The notes beneath the pieces were generated by a model. That model was not told the DNA's origin. It did not search any database and saw nothing but the letters and a program-made list of their open reading frames with translations. Both the position numbers and the translations under genes were made by a program. 64,000 bases of DNA from an uncultured bacterium (lineage in GTDB: Bacteria > Patescibacteriota > Minisyncoccia > UBA6257 > 2-01-FULL-56-20), in contig OY970382.1 in NCBI GenBank assembly GCA_963719425.1, positions 135,888-199,887 of the forward strand, given 5' to 3'. How positions within the stretch are numbered: position 1 is the first letter of the stretch; every line of letters begins with the position of its first letter. Below, piece by piece: positions 25,880-34,464 of this stretch.

Positions 25880-25957
25880 GGCGGCGTGCGTTCCTGGGCT
25901 TTTGTCCGTGAGTACCGAGAAGGGCTGCTGTCCAAAATCTCAGGAACGCACGCCGCC
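25880..25957. promoter_or_regulatory. 17-bp perfect inverted repeat hairpin in mgtC/aspS divergent leader region
   Basis: GGCGGCGTGCGTTCCTG (25880-25896) and CAGGAACGCACGCCGCC (25941-25957), 44-nt loop, ends 16 nt before aspS ATG. Confidence 0.5.
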
Positions 25958-25973
25958 GAGATGCCACATTATT

Positions 25974-27377
25974 ATGAGAATCGCGGTTTCTGACATAGTG
26001 CAACACGAGGGGAAGGAAGTAGAGCTTTATGGGTGGGTGCATGCGCGGCGCGACCATGGGAAGCTCGTGTTTATTGACCTCCGCGACCGGAGCGGTTTGG
26101 CGCAGGTGGTCTTAGGGCCGGCGATTAAAAACGCTTCCGATCTTCGCCTGGAATACGTGGTTCGCGTAAAAGGCGAGGTCAAAAAGCGCCCGCCCGCGAT
26201 GGTAAACGAGAAACTACCGACGGGCCATTATGAAGTAAGCGCGAGCGAATTGGCCGTTTTGAGTCCTGCGGAACCGCTGCCGTTCCCGATAGATGATGCG
26301 GGATATGAGATCAACGAAGAAATTCGTTTGAAGTACCGCTATCTGGACCTGCGGCGCGAGCGGATGCAGCGCAACCTGAAGCTGCAACACGAGATGTTCC
26401 AGTTCATCCGCCGGTATCTCACGGAAAAGGGTTTTTGGGAGATTGAAACGCCGATTCTGACCAAGTCCACGCCGGAGGGAGCACGGGATTTTTTGGTCCC
26501 GTCGCGCCTCCAACATGGGAAGTTTTACGCTCTGCCGCAGTCGCCCCAGCAGTACAAGCAGTTTTTGATGGTGGCGGGCGTGGAAAAGTATTTCCAGATA
26601 GCCCGCTGTTTCCGCGACGAGGATCCGAGAGCGGATCGCGCATACGGAGAATTCACGCAGCTGGATTTGGAAATGTCATTTGTCGCTCAAGAAGATATCT
26701 TGCACTTGGCCGAAGATCTTTTTACGCGGCTCGTGCAGGCGACATTCCCGGAGAAGAAGATCGCGCAGTCCCCGTGGCCGCGCCTTTCCCATAGGGAAGC
26801 CAGGGCACGATACGGCACCGACAAACCGGATCTGAGGAAGGATAAAACCAATCCCGACGAACTGGCGTTCGCGTGGGTGATCGACTTCCCGCTTTTCACG
26901 GAACAGACCAAAGAGGATTTTTTCCATGGTTCCGGCAGTGCGAAATTCGCGCCGTCCCACCACATGTTCACCGCGCCGCACCCGGACGATATTTCCCTTT
27001 TGGATACCGATCCGACGAAAGTCCGCGGCTTGCAGCATGATATGGTATTGAACGGTTTTGAAGTAGGCGGCGGCAGCGTTCGTATTCACCAAAGAGATAT
27101 CCAGGAAAAAGTATTTGACCTGATTGGGTTCAGCCGCGAGCAGAAGGAACAGTTTGATTATTTTTTGAACGCGTTCACGTACGGCGTGCCTCCGCACGGC
27201 GGCATCGCGCCGGGACTGGACCGCTTCCTCTACGCCGCGCTTGGGGAAAGGAGCGTCCGCGAGGTAATCGCCTTCCCGGCGAGCTCCGGCGGGCAGGCCG
27301 CCGTCGTGACCGCGCCCTCCGCGGTAGACACGAAGCAGCTTGATGAATTAGGATTGGAAATTAAGAAAAAGAAATGA
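25974..27377 (+). CDS. aspS: aspartyl-tRNA synthetase (short form lacking GAD insertion)
   Basis: Class II aaRS motifs (FRDED, GGGSVRIH, GIAPGLDR). N-terminal OB fold. Start re-chosen at ATG 25974. Confidence 0.8.
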   Translation: MRIAVSDIVQHEGKEVELYGWVHARRDHGKLVFIDLRDRSGLAQVVLGPAIKNASDLRLEYVVRVKGEVKKRPPAMVNEKLPTGHYEVSASELAVLSPAEPLPFPIDDAGYEINEEIRLKYRYLDLRRERMQRNLKLQHEMFQFIRRYLTEKGFWEIETPILTKSTPEGARDFLVPSRLQHGKFYALPQSPQQYKQFLMVAGVEKYFQIARCFRDEDPRADRAYGEFTQLDLEMSFVAQEDILHLAEDLFTRLVQATFPEKKIAQSPWPRLSHREARARYGTDKPDLRKDKTNPDELAFAWVIDFPLFTEQTKEDFFHGSGSAKFAPSHHMFTAPHPDDISLLDTDPTKVRGLQHDMVLNGFEVGGGSVRIHQRDIQEKVFDLIGFSREQKEQFDYFLNAFTYGVPPHGGIAPGLDRFLYAALGERSVREVIAFPASSGGQAAVVTAPSAVDTKQLDELGLEIKKKK

Positions 27378-28444
27378 AAGATCTGACATTCCCCATTTTC
27401 AAGACCAAAGTGCAGGGCGTCGCAAAAAAATTCAACTTGAATGATCTGGATGAGCGCCGAGAATATTTTTCGCTGAAAGCGGGAAAGGAAATCGCGGCGA
27501 TAAGAAAATATCTTGAAAGCGGGAAAGCGTTCGTGGCATATCTTTTGGGGAAAAAGAATTCCGGAAAAGGAACCTATTCCAAGCTTTTCATGGAGGCGGT
27601 CGGCAACGCCCACGTCGGGCACGTGGCAGTAGGGGATATTGTCCGCGACGTGCACGCGGGACTTTCGGATCCGGCAAAGAAAAAAGACCTTTCCAAGTTC
27701 TTGGAAAAGCATTACCGCGGCTTTCACTCGTTGAAGGAAATAGACGGGCTGATTGAAGGGCGGAGCCAGTCCACGCTCGTATCCACCGAGCTCATCATCG
27801 CCCTTTTGAAATACGAAGTGAGCAAGCGGCCGCGCCAGGCGATCTTCATTGACGGATTCCCGCGCGGGCTGGACCAGGTCAATTACTCAATCTTTTTAAG
27901 AGAGCTTTTGGGGTATCATGGCGAGCCGGACTTCTTTGTGTTCATTGACGTTCCGAACACCGTCATTGACGAGCGCATCAAAACGCGCGTGGTGTGCCCC
28001 ATCTGCAAGGTTCCCCGCAATACGAAGCTCGCTCCCACGAAAGAGATCGGCTACGACGAAACAAAAAAGATGTTTTATCTGATGTGCGATACTCCGTCGT
28101 GCCACGGAGCGCGGATGTCGCCGAAGGAGGGCGACGAGCTCGGGATTGAGCCGCTCCGCGCCCGCCTCACGGCCGACGAGAAGATATTTCGGCAGCTTTT
28201 CACGCTCACCGGCGTTCCCAAGGTGTTGTTAAGGAACTCAGTGCCGGTGGACAAGGCGGCCGATTTTGTGGACGACTATGAGGTTACTCCCGTGTACGGA
28301 TACGAGAGAGATGAGAAAACGAAGAAGATAAAAATTATTGAGACCCCTTGGATCGTTGACGACGACGGGGTGCCTTCCTACAGTTTGTTACCCGCGCCCG
28401 TGGCGCTGTCTCTCATCAAACAGACCGCGAAGATCCTTGCGTGA
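27374..28444 (+). CDS. adenylate kinase-family P-loop kinase with N- and C-terminal extensions
   Basis: GKKNSGKGTYSKLF...VGDIVRD resembles AK P-loop/NMP-binding region. Zinc-lid CPICK...CDTPSCHG. Start overlaps aspS stop (ATGA). Confidence 0.5.
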   Translation: MKDLTFPIFKTKVQGVAKKFNLNDLDERREYFSLKAGKEIAAIRKYLESGKAFVAYLLGKKNSGKGTYSKLFMEAVGNAHVGHVAVGDIVRDVHAGLSDPAKKKDLSKFLEKHYRGFHSLKEIDGLIEGRSQSTLVSTELIIALLKYEVSKRPRQAIFIDGFPRGLDQVNYSIFLRELLGYHGEPDFFVFIDVPNTVIDERIKTRVVCPICKVPRNTKLAPTKEIGYDETKKMFYLMCDTPSCHGARMSPKEGDELGIEPLRARLTADEKIFRQLFTLTGVPKVLLRNSVPVDKAADFVDDYEVTPVYGYERDEKTKKIKIIETPWIVDDDGVPSYSLLPAPVALSLIKQTAKILA

Positions 28445-28462
28445 ACGTGGACGAAAAAGTTT

Positions 28463-28951
28463 TTGATGCGCGATAGCATGTGCGACACAACCCTTTGCTT
28501 GCCCATCACGAAAGATTCCATACTTCTCGGGATGAAAAAGCGCGGGTTCGGCGCCGGCCGTTGGAATGGCATTGGCGGAAAACCGGAGAAAGGGGAATCG
28601 ATTGAAATTGCCGCGGTACGGGAATTGGAAGAAGAGATCGGCCTGCGAGTTGCTCCGGGCGACCTCAAAAAGTGCGCGGTTTTGGATTTCTTTTTTGAGA
28701 ACAACCCCGACTGGGACAACCGGATGTATGTCTTTTTCGCGGAACACTGGGTGGGCGAACCGATTGAATCGGAGGAGATGCGGCCGCAGTGGTTCAAGTT
28801 CAACGAAATTCCGTTTGACCTCATGTGGCCGGACGACCGGCTTTGGCTGCCCGAGGTATTGCGGGGGAAATTAATTACGGGCAGATTTTATTTTGACAGC
28901 GAAGGGAATGCAATTACGAAATACGAAATCACAGAAGTGAGAAAAATATAA
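28463..28951 (+). CDS. NUDIX hydrolase
   Basis: Nudix box GGKPEKGESIEIAAVRELEEEIGL. Confidence 0.75.
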   Translation: MMRDSMCDTTLCLPITKDSILLGMKKRGFGAGRWNGIGGKPEKGESIEIAAVRELEEEIGLRVAPGDLKKCAVLDFFFENNPDWDNRMYVFFAEHWVGEPIESEEMRPQWFKFNEIPFDLMWPDDRLWLPEVLRGKLITGRFYFDSEGNAITKYEITEVRKI

Positions 28952-28962
28952 AGGCGAAGCAG

Positions 28963-29085
28963 CAAAGAGGCGTCGTAATGTTTTCATGAGGGCATCTCGG
29001 AGCCACGGCGGCTTGAGGCAACCTTTAGGTTGCCCGCCGGGGCGAGCGACGCCGTCCCTCATGAAAACATTACGACGCCTCTTTG
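28963..29085. repeat. 30-bp perfect inverted repeat with 63-nt spacer (MITE-like or bidirectional terminator)
   Basis: CAAAGAGGCGTCGTAATGTTTTCATGAGGG (28963-28992) pairs with reverse complement at 29056-29085. Inner hairpin GGCAACC-TTTA-GGTTGCC. Right arm overlaps last codons of prfA. Confidence 0.75.
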
Positions 29086-29801
29086 CGAAACGCCTTCACG
29101 ATCGGATCCATGTCGCCGTCCAAAATCTTTGGGATGTTGTGCCATTTTTTCCCGATGCGATGGTCGGTGATGCGATCATCGGGAAAATTATAGGTGCGGA
29201 TCTTTTCCGAGCGGTCTGCGCTGCCGATCTGTTCGCGGCGGAGATCGGTTACGGATCCTACCGTTCTGTGTTGTTCCATTTCGTATAGTTTCGCGCGGAG
29301 AATATCCATCGCCTTTTCGCGGTTCGCGTGCTGGGAGCGCTCCTCGCGCGAGGAAACAACAATGCCGGTCGGTTTATGGAGAATGCGCACGGCCGTTTCC
29401 ACCTTATTCACATTCTGCCCGCCCGGACCGCCGGCACGAGAGAACGTCGCTTCAATGTCGCCCGGTGCGATGTTCACCTCGCGCGCTTCCACAACTGGTA
29501 ATACGGCTACTGAAGCGGTGGAGGTGTGCACGCGCCCCGATTTTTCCGTTGCCGGGATTCGTTGCACGCGGTGCACGCCGGATTCGTTCCGAAGCGCCCC
29601 GTAGCATCCCGCGCCTTGCACTTCGGCCACGAGTGATTTAAATCCTTGGAGCGAGGTTGCGTTTGAGTCAAGCACGGAAAACACCCAGCCGCGCTTCGCC
29701 GCATAGCGCTGATACATGCGCGCGAGATCGCCCGCGAAAATGGCGGCTTCGTCGCCGCCCGCGCCAGCCCGTATTTCAAGGATGATCTTATCCGTTGTCA
29801 T
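29070..29801 (-). CDS. prfA: class I release factor RF1-type lacking N-terminal domain 1
   Basis: PAT tripeptide ([15 protein letters not shown]) and GGQ ([18 protein letters not shown]). Starts at [20 protein letters not shown], equivalent to RF1 domain 2. Only 30 nt upstream before the next gene. Confidence 0.7.
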   Translation of the reverse strand: MTTDKIILEIRAGAGGDEAAIFAGDLARMYQRYAAKRGWVFSVLDSNATSLQGFKSLVAEVQGAGCYGALRNESGVHRVQRIPATEKSGRVHTSTASVAVLPVVEAREVNIAPGDIEATFSRAGGPGGQNVNKVETAVRILHKPTGIVVSSREERSQHANREKAMDILRAKLYEMEQHRTVGSVTDLRREQIGSADRSEKIRTYNFPDDRITDHRIGKKWHNIPKILDGDMDPIVKAFRKEAS

Positions 29802-29831
29802 TGTTTTGTATGATATAATAATAGTACATCA

Positions 29832-30221
29832 ATGGCAGAGCAACAATTCGTGCTGATCGTTGACGACGAGCCGGATTTCTGCGAGATTTTCAAAACCAAG
29901 CTTTCCGCGATGGGCTATCGCGTGGATACTGCGGAGAACGGACAAGCGGCGCTTCTTAAGATGGGAAAAGAAAAACCGGACCTCGTTCTTATGGATGTCA
30001 AAATGCCGGTGATGGACGGCGCGACGGCGGTGCTCAAGATGAAAGAAAATCCGGCGTTGAAAGACGTCAAAGTGGCGTTTCTTACGAGCTTGGGCGACCC
30101 GCGCTTGGACATGCAGGACATCAATAAGAAGTTCTCCGAAGAATTCGGCGCGCAGGGGTATTTTAAAAAAACCGATGACCTTGACGTACTTGCGGAAAAG
30201 ATAAAAGCGCTTCTTCCATGA
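29832..30221 (+). CDS. stand-alone response regulator receiver domain
   Basis: CheY-like fold. DDEPDF..K..L..GY, LVLMDVKMP, KVAFLTS. Confidence 0.7.
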   Translation: MAEQQFVLIVDDEPDFCEIFKTKLSAMGYRVDTAENGQAALLKMGKEKPDLVLMDVKMPVMDGATAVLKMKENPALKDVKVAFLTSLGDPRLDMQDINKKFSEEFGAQGYFKKTDDLDVLAEKIKALLP

Positions 30222-30616
30222 GGGAAAGACCGCTTGTCCTCATCGTTGATGACGAGCACGATCTTCTTGAAATCATGTCCGTGAAGCTCGGGGCATCCGG
30301 CTTTGATCCCGTGGTGGCCTACAATGCCAAAGAGGGAGTTGATGCCGCAACGAAATTGCACCCCGATCTAATCCTTATGGACATCCGCATGCCCGGCGGG
30401 GAGACCGGCACCGATGCGGCGCTTGCAATCAAACAAAACCCGGAAACAAAAGACATAAAAATCGCCTTTCTGAGCAACTTAAAGGATCCGTGGCCCACGA
30501 CCCTAGGCGACCGCGACAAGCTCGCGAAGGCATTGGGAATGGAAGATTACATTGATAAGACCGCCGATTTGAACACGGTTGTGGCAAGGGTGCGGGAGGT
30601 GCTCGCGAAAAAGTAA
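30218..30616 (+). CDS. stand-alone response regulator receiver domain
   Basis: LVLIVDDEHD, LILMDIRMPG, KIAFLSN. Overlaps previous gene by 4 nt. Confidence 0.7.
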   Translation: MRERPLVLIVDDEHDLLEIMSVKLGASGFDPVVAYNAKEGVDAATKLHPDLILMDIRMPGGETGTDAALAIKQNPETKDIKIAFLSNLKDPWPTTLGDRDKLAKALGMEDYIDKTADLNTVVARVREVLAKK

Positions 30617-30696
30617 CCCCCACTGCAGAGCGAGGGGCTAAGCGTGCATTGCATTTCAATTTTTGAAAAGTCGGCGCCGCCTGGTATCATATAAGC

Positions 30697-31452
30697 ATGA
30701 GCGCCGATACTGACGAGCTTCGCAAGAAGCTTGAGGAGGACAATAAGAAGCTGAAGGACCTGAACCACTTCAAGACGCACCTTCTCGCGCTCACATCGCA
30801 TCAGATGAAGGCACCCCTCGGCATTATCCGCGGCTACACGGCGCTCCTGCGTGACGGCTATTATGGCGAGATGGACGAGCGCGCGCGGGAGGTCGTCGCA
30901 AAAATTGAGTTTGCGGCCGAAGACCTTGTGAACCTTGTGGATAATGTGATTGATCTGCGGAAGATTGAGGAGGGGAGAGTAGAATACCAGATGCAGAACA
31001 TTGATTTTGTAAAGCTTGCGCGACAGGCGGCGGAGGAACTGGGCCATCTTGCGTCAAGCAAAGGCCTGAATTTGGAATTCCATGCACCGCAAAAGGAGAT
31101 CGTGATATATGGCGACGAACAGAAGCTGCAGCATGTGATAAAAAATTTGGTTGACAACGCGGTGAAATACACCGAAAAAGGTTTTGTAAAAGTGAACGTG
31201 GGAGAGAAGGATGGCAATATCGTGCTTTCAGTCGCGGATTCCGGGATCGGCGTCCCGAAAGGCGTCCAGCCGTTTTTATTTGAAGAGTTCGTCCGCGACG
31301 AGCGCGTGAAGCGCGAGATCCGCGGCAGCGGCTTAGGCCTCCATGTGGCAAAAATGTTCGTGGAGGCGCACGACGGGAAAATTTCGGTGTCATCCGAGGG
31401 TGAGGGCAAGGGCTCGGTATTCTCGTTCAGTATTCCGAAGGTAAGAAAATAG
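30697..31452 (+). CDS. cytoplasmic sensor histidine kinase (HisKA plus HATPase_c, no TM or sensor domain)
   Basis: H-box LTSHQMKAPL. N/G1/G2 boxes NLVDNAVKYT, DSGIGVP, GSGLGLHVAK. Confidence 0.75.
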   Translation: MSADTDELRKKLEEDNKKLKDLNHFKTHLLALTSHQMKAPLGIIRGYTALLRDGYYGEMDERAREVVAKIEFAAEDLVNLVDNVIDLRKIEEGRVEYQMQNIDFVKLARQAAEELGHLASSKGLNLEFHAPQKEIVIYGDEQKLQHVIKNLVDNAVKYTEKGFVKVNVGEKDGNIVLSVADSGIGVPKGVQPFLFEEFVRDERVKREIRGSGLGLHVAKMFVEAHDGKISVSSEGEGKGSVFSFSIPKVRK

Positions 31453-31553
31453 GAAATTTTGAAAAAGCGAAAGGGGCAAGCGCGAGCCTGCCCCCTTTGA
31501 TTCCTGGCAGCCGACGGGAGTGCGGGGATCCCCGTCGGGAAAAAGAACAATTG

Positions 31554-32666
31554 TCACGGGCACGAGGGGGCGCCCGTGACGTCAAAGGTAACCGTTCCCC
31601 ACTTTTCATCCAGTGAGGTTAGCGATCCACCCGTAACTTTTACATGGGTTGCGAACAGCCCGTGCTCAAGGTGTACCGAGATCGGGGGTGGGATGCATGC
31701 CTTGTGCTGTGCCCTCCTCGAGGTATTCTGCCGCGGTTTCGGTTCGGGTGGCGCGGGTGGCGCGAGTAGTTGCACTTGGCCGCTAACCCTAACGTTGAGG
31801 GTAGCCTCGCCCTCGAGCACGTGGTGGATCACCCTTTCCGACGGCACTTGCGTCGAAGGTGGCGGCTGAACCTCGGCTTGCGGCGCTGGCTGAGGCGGAG
31901 GTGTTTGCGGAAGTGTTTCGGGAACTTTCTTCTCTGGTTCCGCCGTCGCCTGTTGTGGAGGAGCCGAGAAGGGTCCGTCGTCTAGTTCGATGATTAAGAA
32001 CTTGGGAAACTTCTCGGTCCAGGTTTTGTTTGTCCCGAAGCCCGTGCCGGCGGCACCAGCTACGCCGGCGTCTCCGGGAACACCGGCCCCGCTCCCACCA
32101 AGGCCTGCTGATCGGAGTTTCGTGATTGCCACCCTCTTCTGTGCTCCATAGAGGGCGACATGGCGGCTGTGCGTACTTCCTTTTGCCGCCGACAGTCCCG
32201 TTGCCAGCCAAACGAGGTCAGGCCAGCCCGCCGCGTCGGCATTCACTTGTATGGCGCCGACAACGTTCTGGGCCGACCACTGGTCACAGTTTACCCGTAC
32301 GGGGTCATCGTTGTACGGGACGACGCTGCTGTCAGCGACGATTGCCCGCACAACTCCTTTTTTCACTTTTCCGAGTGCCATGTTCCTGACTCTGTTCATC
32401 GAGAACACCTGGCATCCGCCGAGTGACTGCCAATCCTGGTCCGCGGGAGCGAAACCAGGGAAGATATTTGTTAACGACCCGGGCATCGCCGACGTGAACT
32501 GCCGGGGCGCGTTGGTGATGAAGGTGGGACTTGAGGTCACTTCCGCCTGCGCCCCCGCCGTCGCACTGGTGGTAGGGGGAGAGGATGGGTCTTGGGCCAG
32601 GCCAACCTTACTTGTGAGCACCAGCATGGCGATTAAGACCGCCAGCCGTATCTTCTTGAAGTTCAT
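31554..32666 (-). CDS. secreted Pro-rich hypothetical protein
   Basis: Signal peptide MNFKKIRLAVLIAMLVLTSKVGLAQ. Pro-rich (PQTPPPQPAPQAEVQPPPSTQVP) low-complexity region. Confidence 0.5.
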   Translation of the reverse strand: MNFKKIRLAVLIAMLVLTSKVGLAQDPSSPPTTSATAGAQAEVTSSPTFITNAPRQFTSAMPGSLTNIFPGFAPADQDWQSLGGCQVFSMNRVRNMALGKVKKGVVRAIVADSSVVPYNDDPVRVNCDQWSAQNVVGAIQVNADAAGWPDLVWLATGLSAAKGSTHSRHVALYGAQKRVAITKLRSAGLGGSGAGVPGDAGVAGAAGTGFGTNKTWTEKFPKFLIIELDDGPFSAPPQQATAEPEKKVPETLPQTPPPQPAPQAEVQPPPSTQVPSERVIHHVLEGEATLNVRVSGQVQLLAPPAPPEPKPRQNTSRRAQHKACIPPPISVHLEHGLFATHVKVTGGSLTSLDEKWGTVTFDVTGAPSCP

Positions 32667-32746
32667 GGCGTACCTCCTCATTGTGGATTAGAGGGAGACG
32701 ACGGTTGTGGAGCCGTCGTCTCCTCTCCTCGTGCTCAGTTGAGTTC

Positions 32747-33445
32747 TTAGTGCTCTGGGTGTGTGCCGCCGCCTCCGCCACCACCACATCCACCGCCACC
32801 GCCGCATGGCGGCGGAGCCGTTGGGTTTACAGTCGAGCTGGCGCAGGCTTGGGACGTTACCGTTGCGCTGGCGCTCGCGGACCCGTTGGGGTTCACGTTC
32901 GCCTGCGATGTCCCGGTGGTGACCATGGTCGCTTGCGCGGCCACGGTGCCCCCGTTCGTCGTTGCGGTGTATCCGTTAAGGTTCGCGGAGCCGCCGGATG
33001 CAGCTCCGGCACAGTTGCCGGTGGTGCAATCGCCGACATTGGCGACGCTCGCCCCGCCGACATTGCCTCCGAGAACGATGTTGCCTTGGCCGTTAGGGCC
33101 GACGTTAAGCGTAGCAGCGGCGTTCCCGGTGCTTTTATAGCCCGCAGTGCTGCTTGTCGAATTGCCGTTCGAGAACGCCGTGGTCTTTCCGGCAACGCTC
33201 CCGCTGCCGAGAAGACCCGCGTTCGGATCGCTGGACGATCCGCTGAACGACAGACTGCTCATAGTCACACCGGCCGCGCCGTTCGTGTTGTTGCCAGTGG
33301 CCGTGCCAGCCGACTGGGTTGCACTGCCCGTGATGCTCACGGGTGCGGGCGTGGGGGTTGGGTTGGACTGGGCGATGGTCATGACCGTTCCGAGTAGGAA
33401 CGCGACCAATGCAAAAAGCACTACCAATTTTTTCGTCATGTTCAC
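32747..33445 (-). CDS. secreted Gly/Ser/Thr/Asn-rich low-complexity protein
   Basis: Signal peptide MTKKLVVLFALVAFLLGTVMTIAQS. Repetitive G/S/T/N-rich body. Poly-Gly C-terminus. Confidence 0.45.
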   Translation of the reverse strand: MNMTKKLVVLFALVAFLLGTVMTIAQSNPTPTPAPVSITGSATQSAGTATGNNTNGAAGVTMSSLSFSGSSSDPNAGLLGSGSVAGKTTAFSNGNSTSSTAGYKSTGNAAATLNVGPNGQGNIVLGGNVGGASVANVGDCTTGNCAGAASGGSANLNGYTATTNGGTVAAQATMVTTGTSQANVNPNGSASASATVTSQACASSTVNPTAPPPCGGGGGCGGGGGGGTHPEH

Positions 33446-33613
33446 AGTCCTCCGAAATTCAACGAATATGCGGTTGTCAAAGATCGACTATTACCCGCAC
33501 GCGGTAAAGCTTCCCATGAAAGGGTGCTTATCCGCGCCGCAAATATAACACACCCGCCACAATTATGCAAGGGCCTGGTGCAAGGGGATGTTTTGTTTGC
33601 CAACCGCCGGTTT

Positions 33614-33862
33614 CTATCGTGTTTTCTTGGTCCGCACCTTCTTCAATTTCGGTTCGTGAACCGCCTTTGCGCGGCGCGTCTTGAACTTCTCCACGCGGCC
33701 AGCGGTGTCTATCAATTTCTCTTCGCCCGTGTAGAACGGATGGCAATGGGAACAGATCTCAACTTTGATTTCTGCCTTCGTGGCGCCCACGGTGAACTTG
33801 TTGCCGCATGCGCAGACGACGCGAGCTTTGGGGAAATAAACTGGGTGGATATCCTTTTTCAT
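33614..33862 (-). CDS. rpmE: 50S ribosomal protein L31 with C-terminal basic extension
   Basis: MKKDIHPVY...CACG...[11 protein letters not shown]. Start re-chosen at internal ATG. Confidence 0.8.
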   Translation of the reverse strand: MKKDIHPVYFPKARVVCACGNKFTVGATKAEIKVEICSHCHPFYTGEEKLIDTAGRVEKFKTRRAKAVHEPKLKKVRTKKTR

Positions 33863-33975
33863 ACTTGCGTATGGTAGCACGGCCGCAGGGTTTTCGTCAA
33901 TTGAAAAGATATAATAAAAATCGAGACATCTTTTCAAATTCCGTGAAATCTGCTAGGTTGTGAGTACGAAGCGCC

Positions 33976-34047
33976 GCCGGAGTAGCTCAATGGCAGAGCA
34001 ATGCTTTCGTAAAGCAGAGGTTGGAGGTTCGACTCCTCTCTCCGGCT
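33976..34047 (+). tRNA. tRNA-Thr (anticodon CGT)
   Basis: GCCGGAG/CTCCGGC acceptor. Anticodon loop TTCGTAA. T-arm GGAGGTTCGACTCCTCT. Confidence 0.75.
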
Positions 34048-34074
34048 CAGGGAAACAAATCAAGAATCAAGATT

Positions 34075-34464
34075 ATGCCGAAGAAATTTGTCGATGTCTA
34101 TCACGATCCCGAGAAGCCGCCTCCGGAAGACCCGACCGATCCCGGGCTGCAGGAACCGGACCGGCCGATGCGGATAAAAAAGGGCGTACCCGCTGAACTC
34201 TGGAAGAAAATTAAAGCTGGGACGGAAAGCAAAGAGTTGGACTACCGTCTTTGCCCCCATCCAGATTGCGGGGAAAAAGCCGAGCACATACACGTAATAG
34301 ACGATCCCAAGCTCGGATTCGGCTGGATGTATGAGCACGGAAACCACAGATGGTTCCAGCACTATATTAAAATGGGGACCGAGGTGGAATATCGCATAGA
34401 AGACCCCGATGCGAGCGGGAACCTGCCTTTTGAGGAACAACATGAGGGAAATACAAAATCTTAA
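34075..34464 (+). CDS. hypothetical protein
   Basis: 130 aa from ATG 34075 (MPKKFVDVYHDPEK...). Pro-rich N-terminus. CPHPDCGE...H motif. Overlaps prfB start. Confidence 0.45.
   Translation: MPKKFVDVYHDPEKPPPEDPTDPGLQEPDRPMRIKKGVPAELWKKIKAGTESKELDYRLCPHPDCGEKAEHIHVIDDPKLGFGWMYEHGNHRWFQHYIKMGTEVEYRIEDPDASGNLPFEEQHEGNTKS

Noticed and set aside
28871-29288. ORFs 28871..29062 (minus) and 28986..29288 (plus) both containing [10 protein letters not shown]
   Set aside because: The shared peptide is an artefact of translating the two arms of the 30-bp inverted repeat. They overlap prfA antisense or lie in the intergenic spacer.
30824-31550. Two overlapping minus-strand ORFs antisense to the histidine kinase gene
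   Set aside because: Arg/Pro/Ser-rich, antisense to a gene with H, N and G boxes.
32681-33397. Plus-strand ORFs (32681..33397, 32763..33140) and minus-strand 32893..33195 overlapping the low-complexity secreted protein gene
   Set aside because: Low-complexity GC-rich region is open in several frames. The minus-strand frame 32747..33445 has a credible signal peptide, and the alternatives do not.
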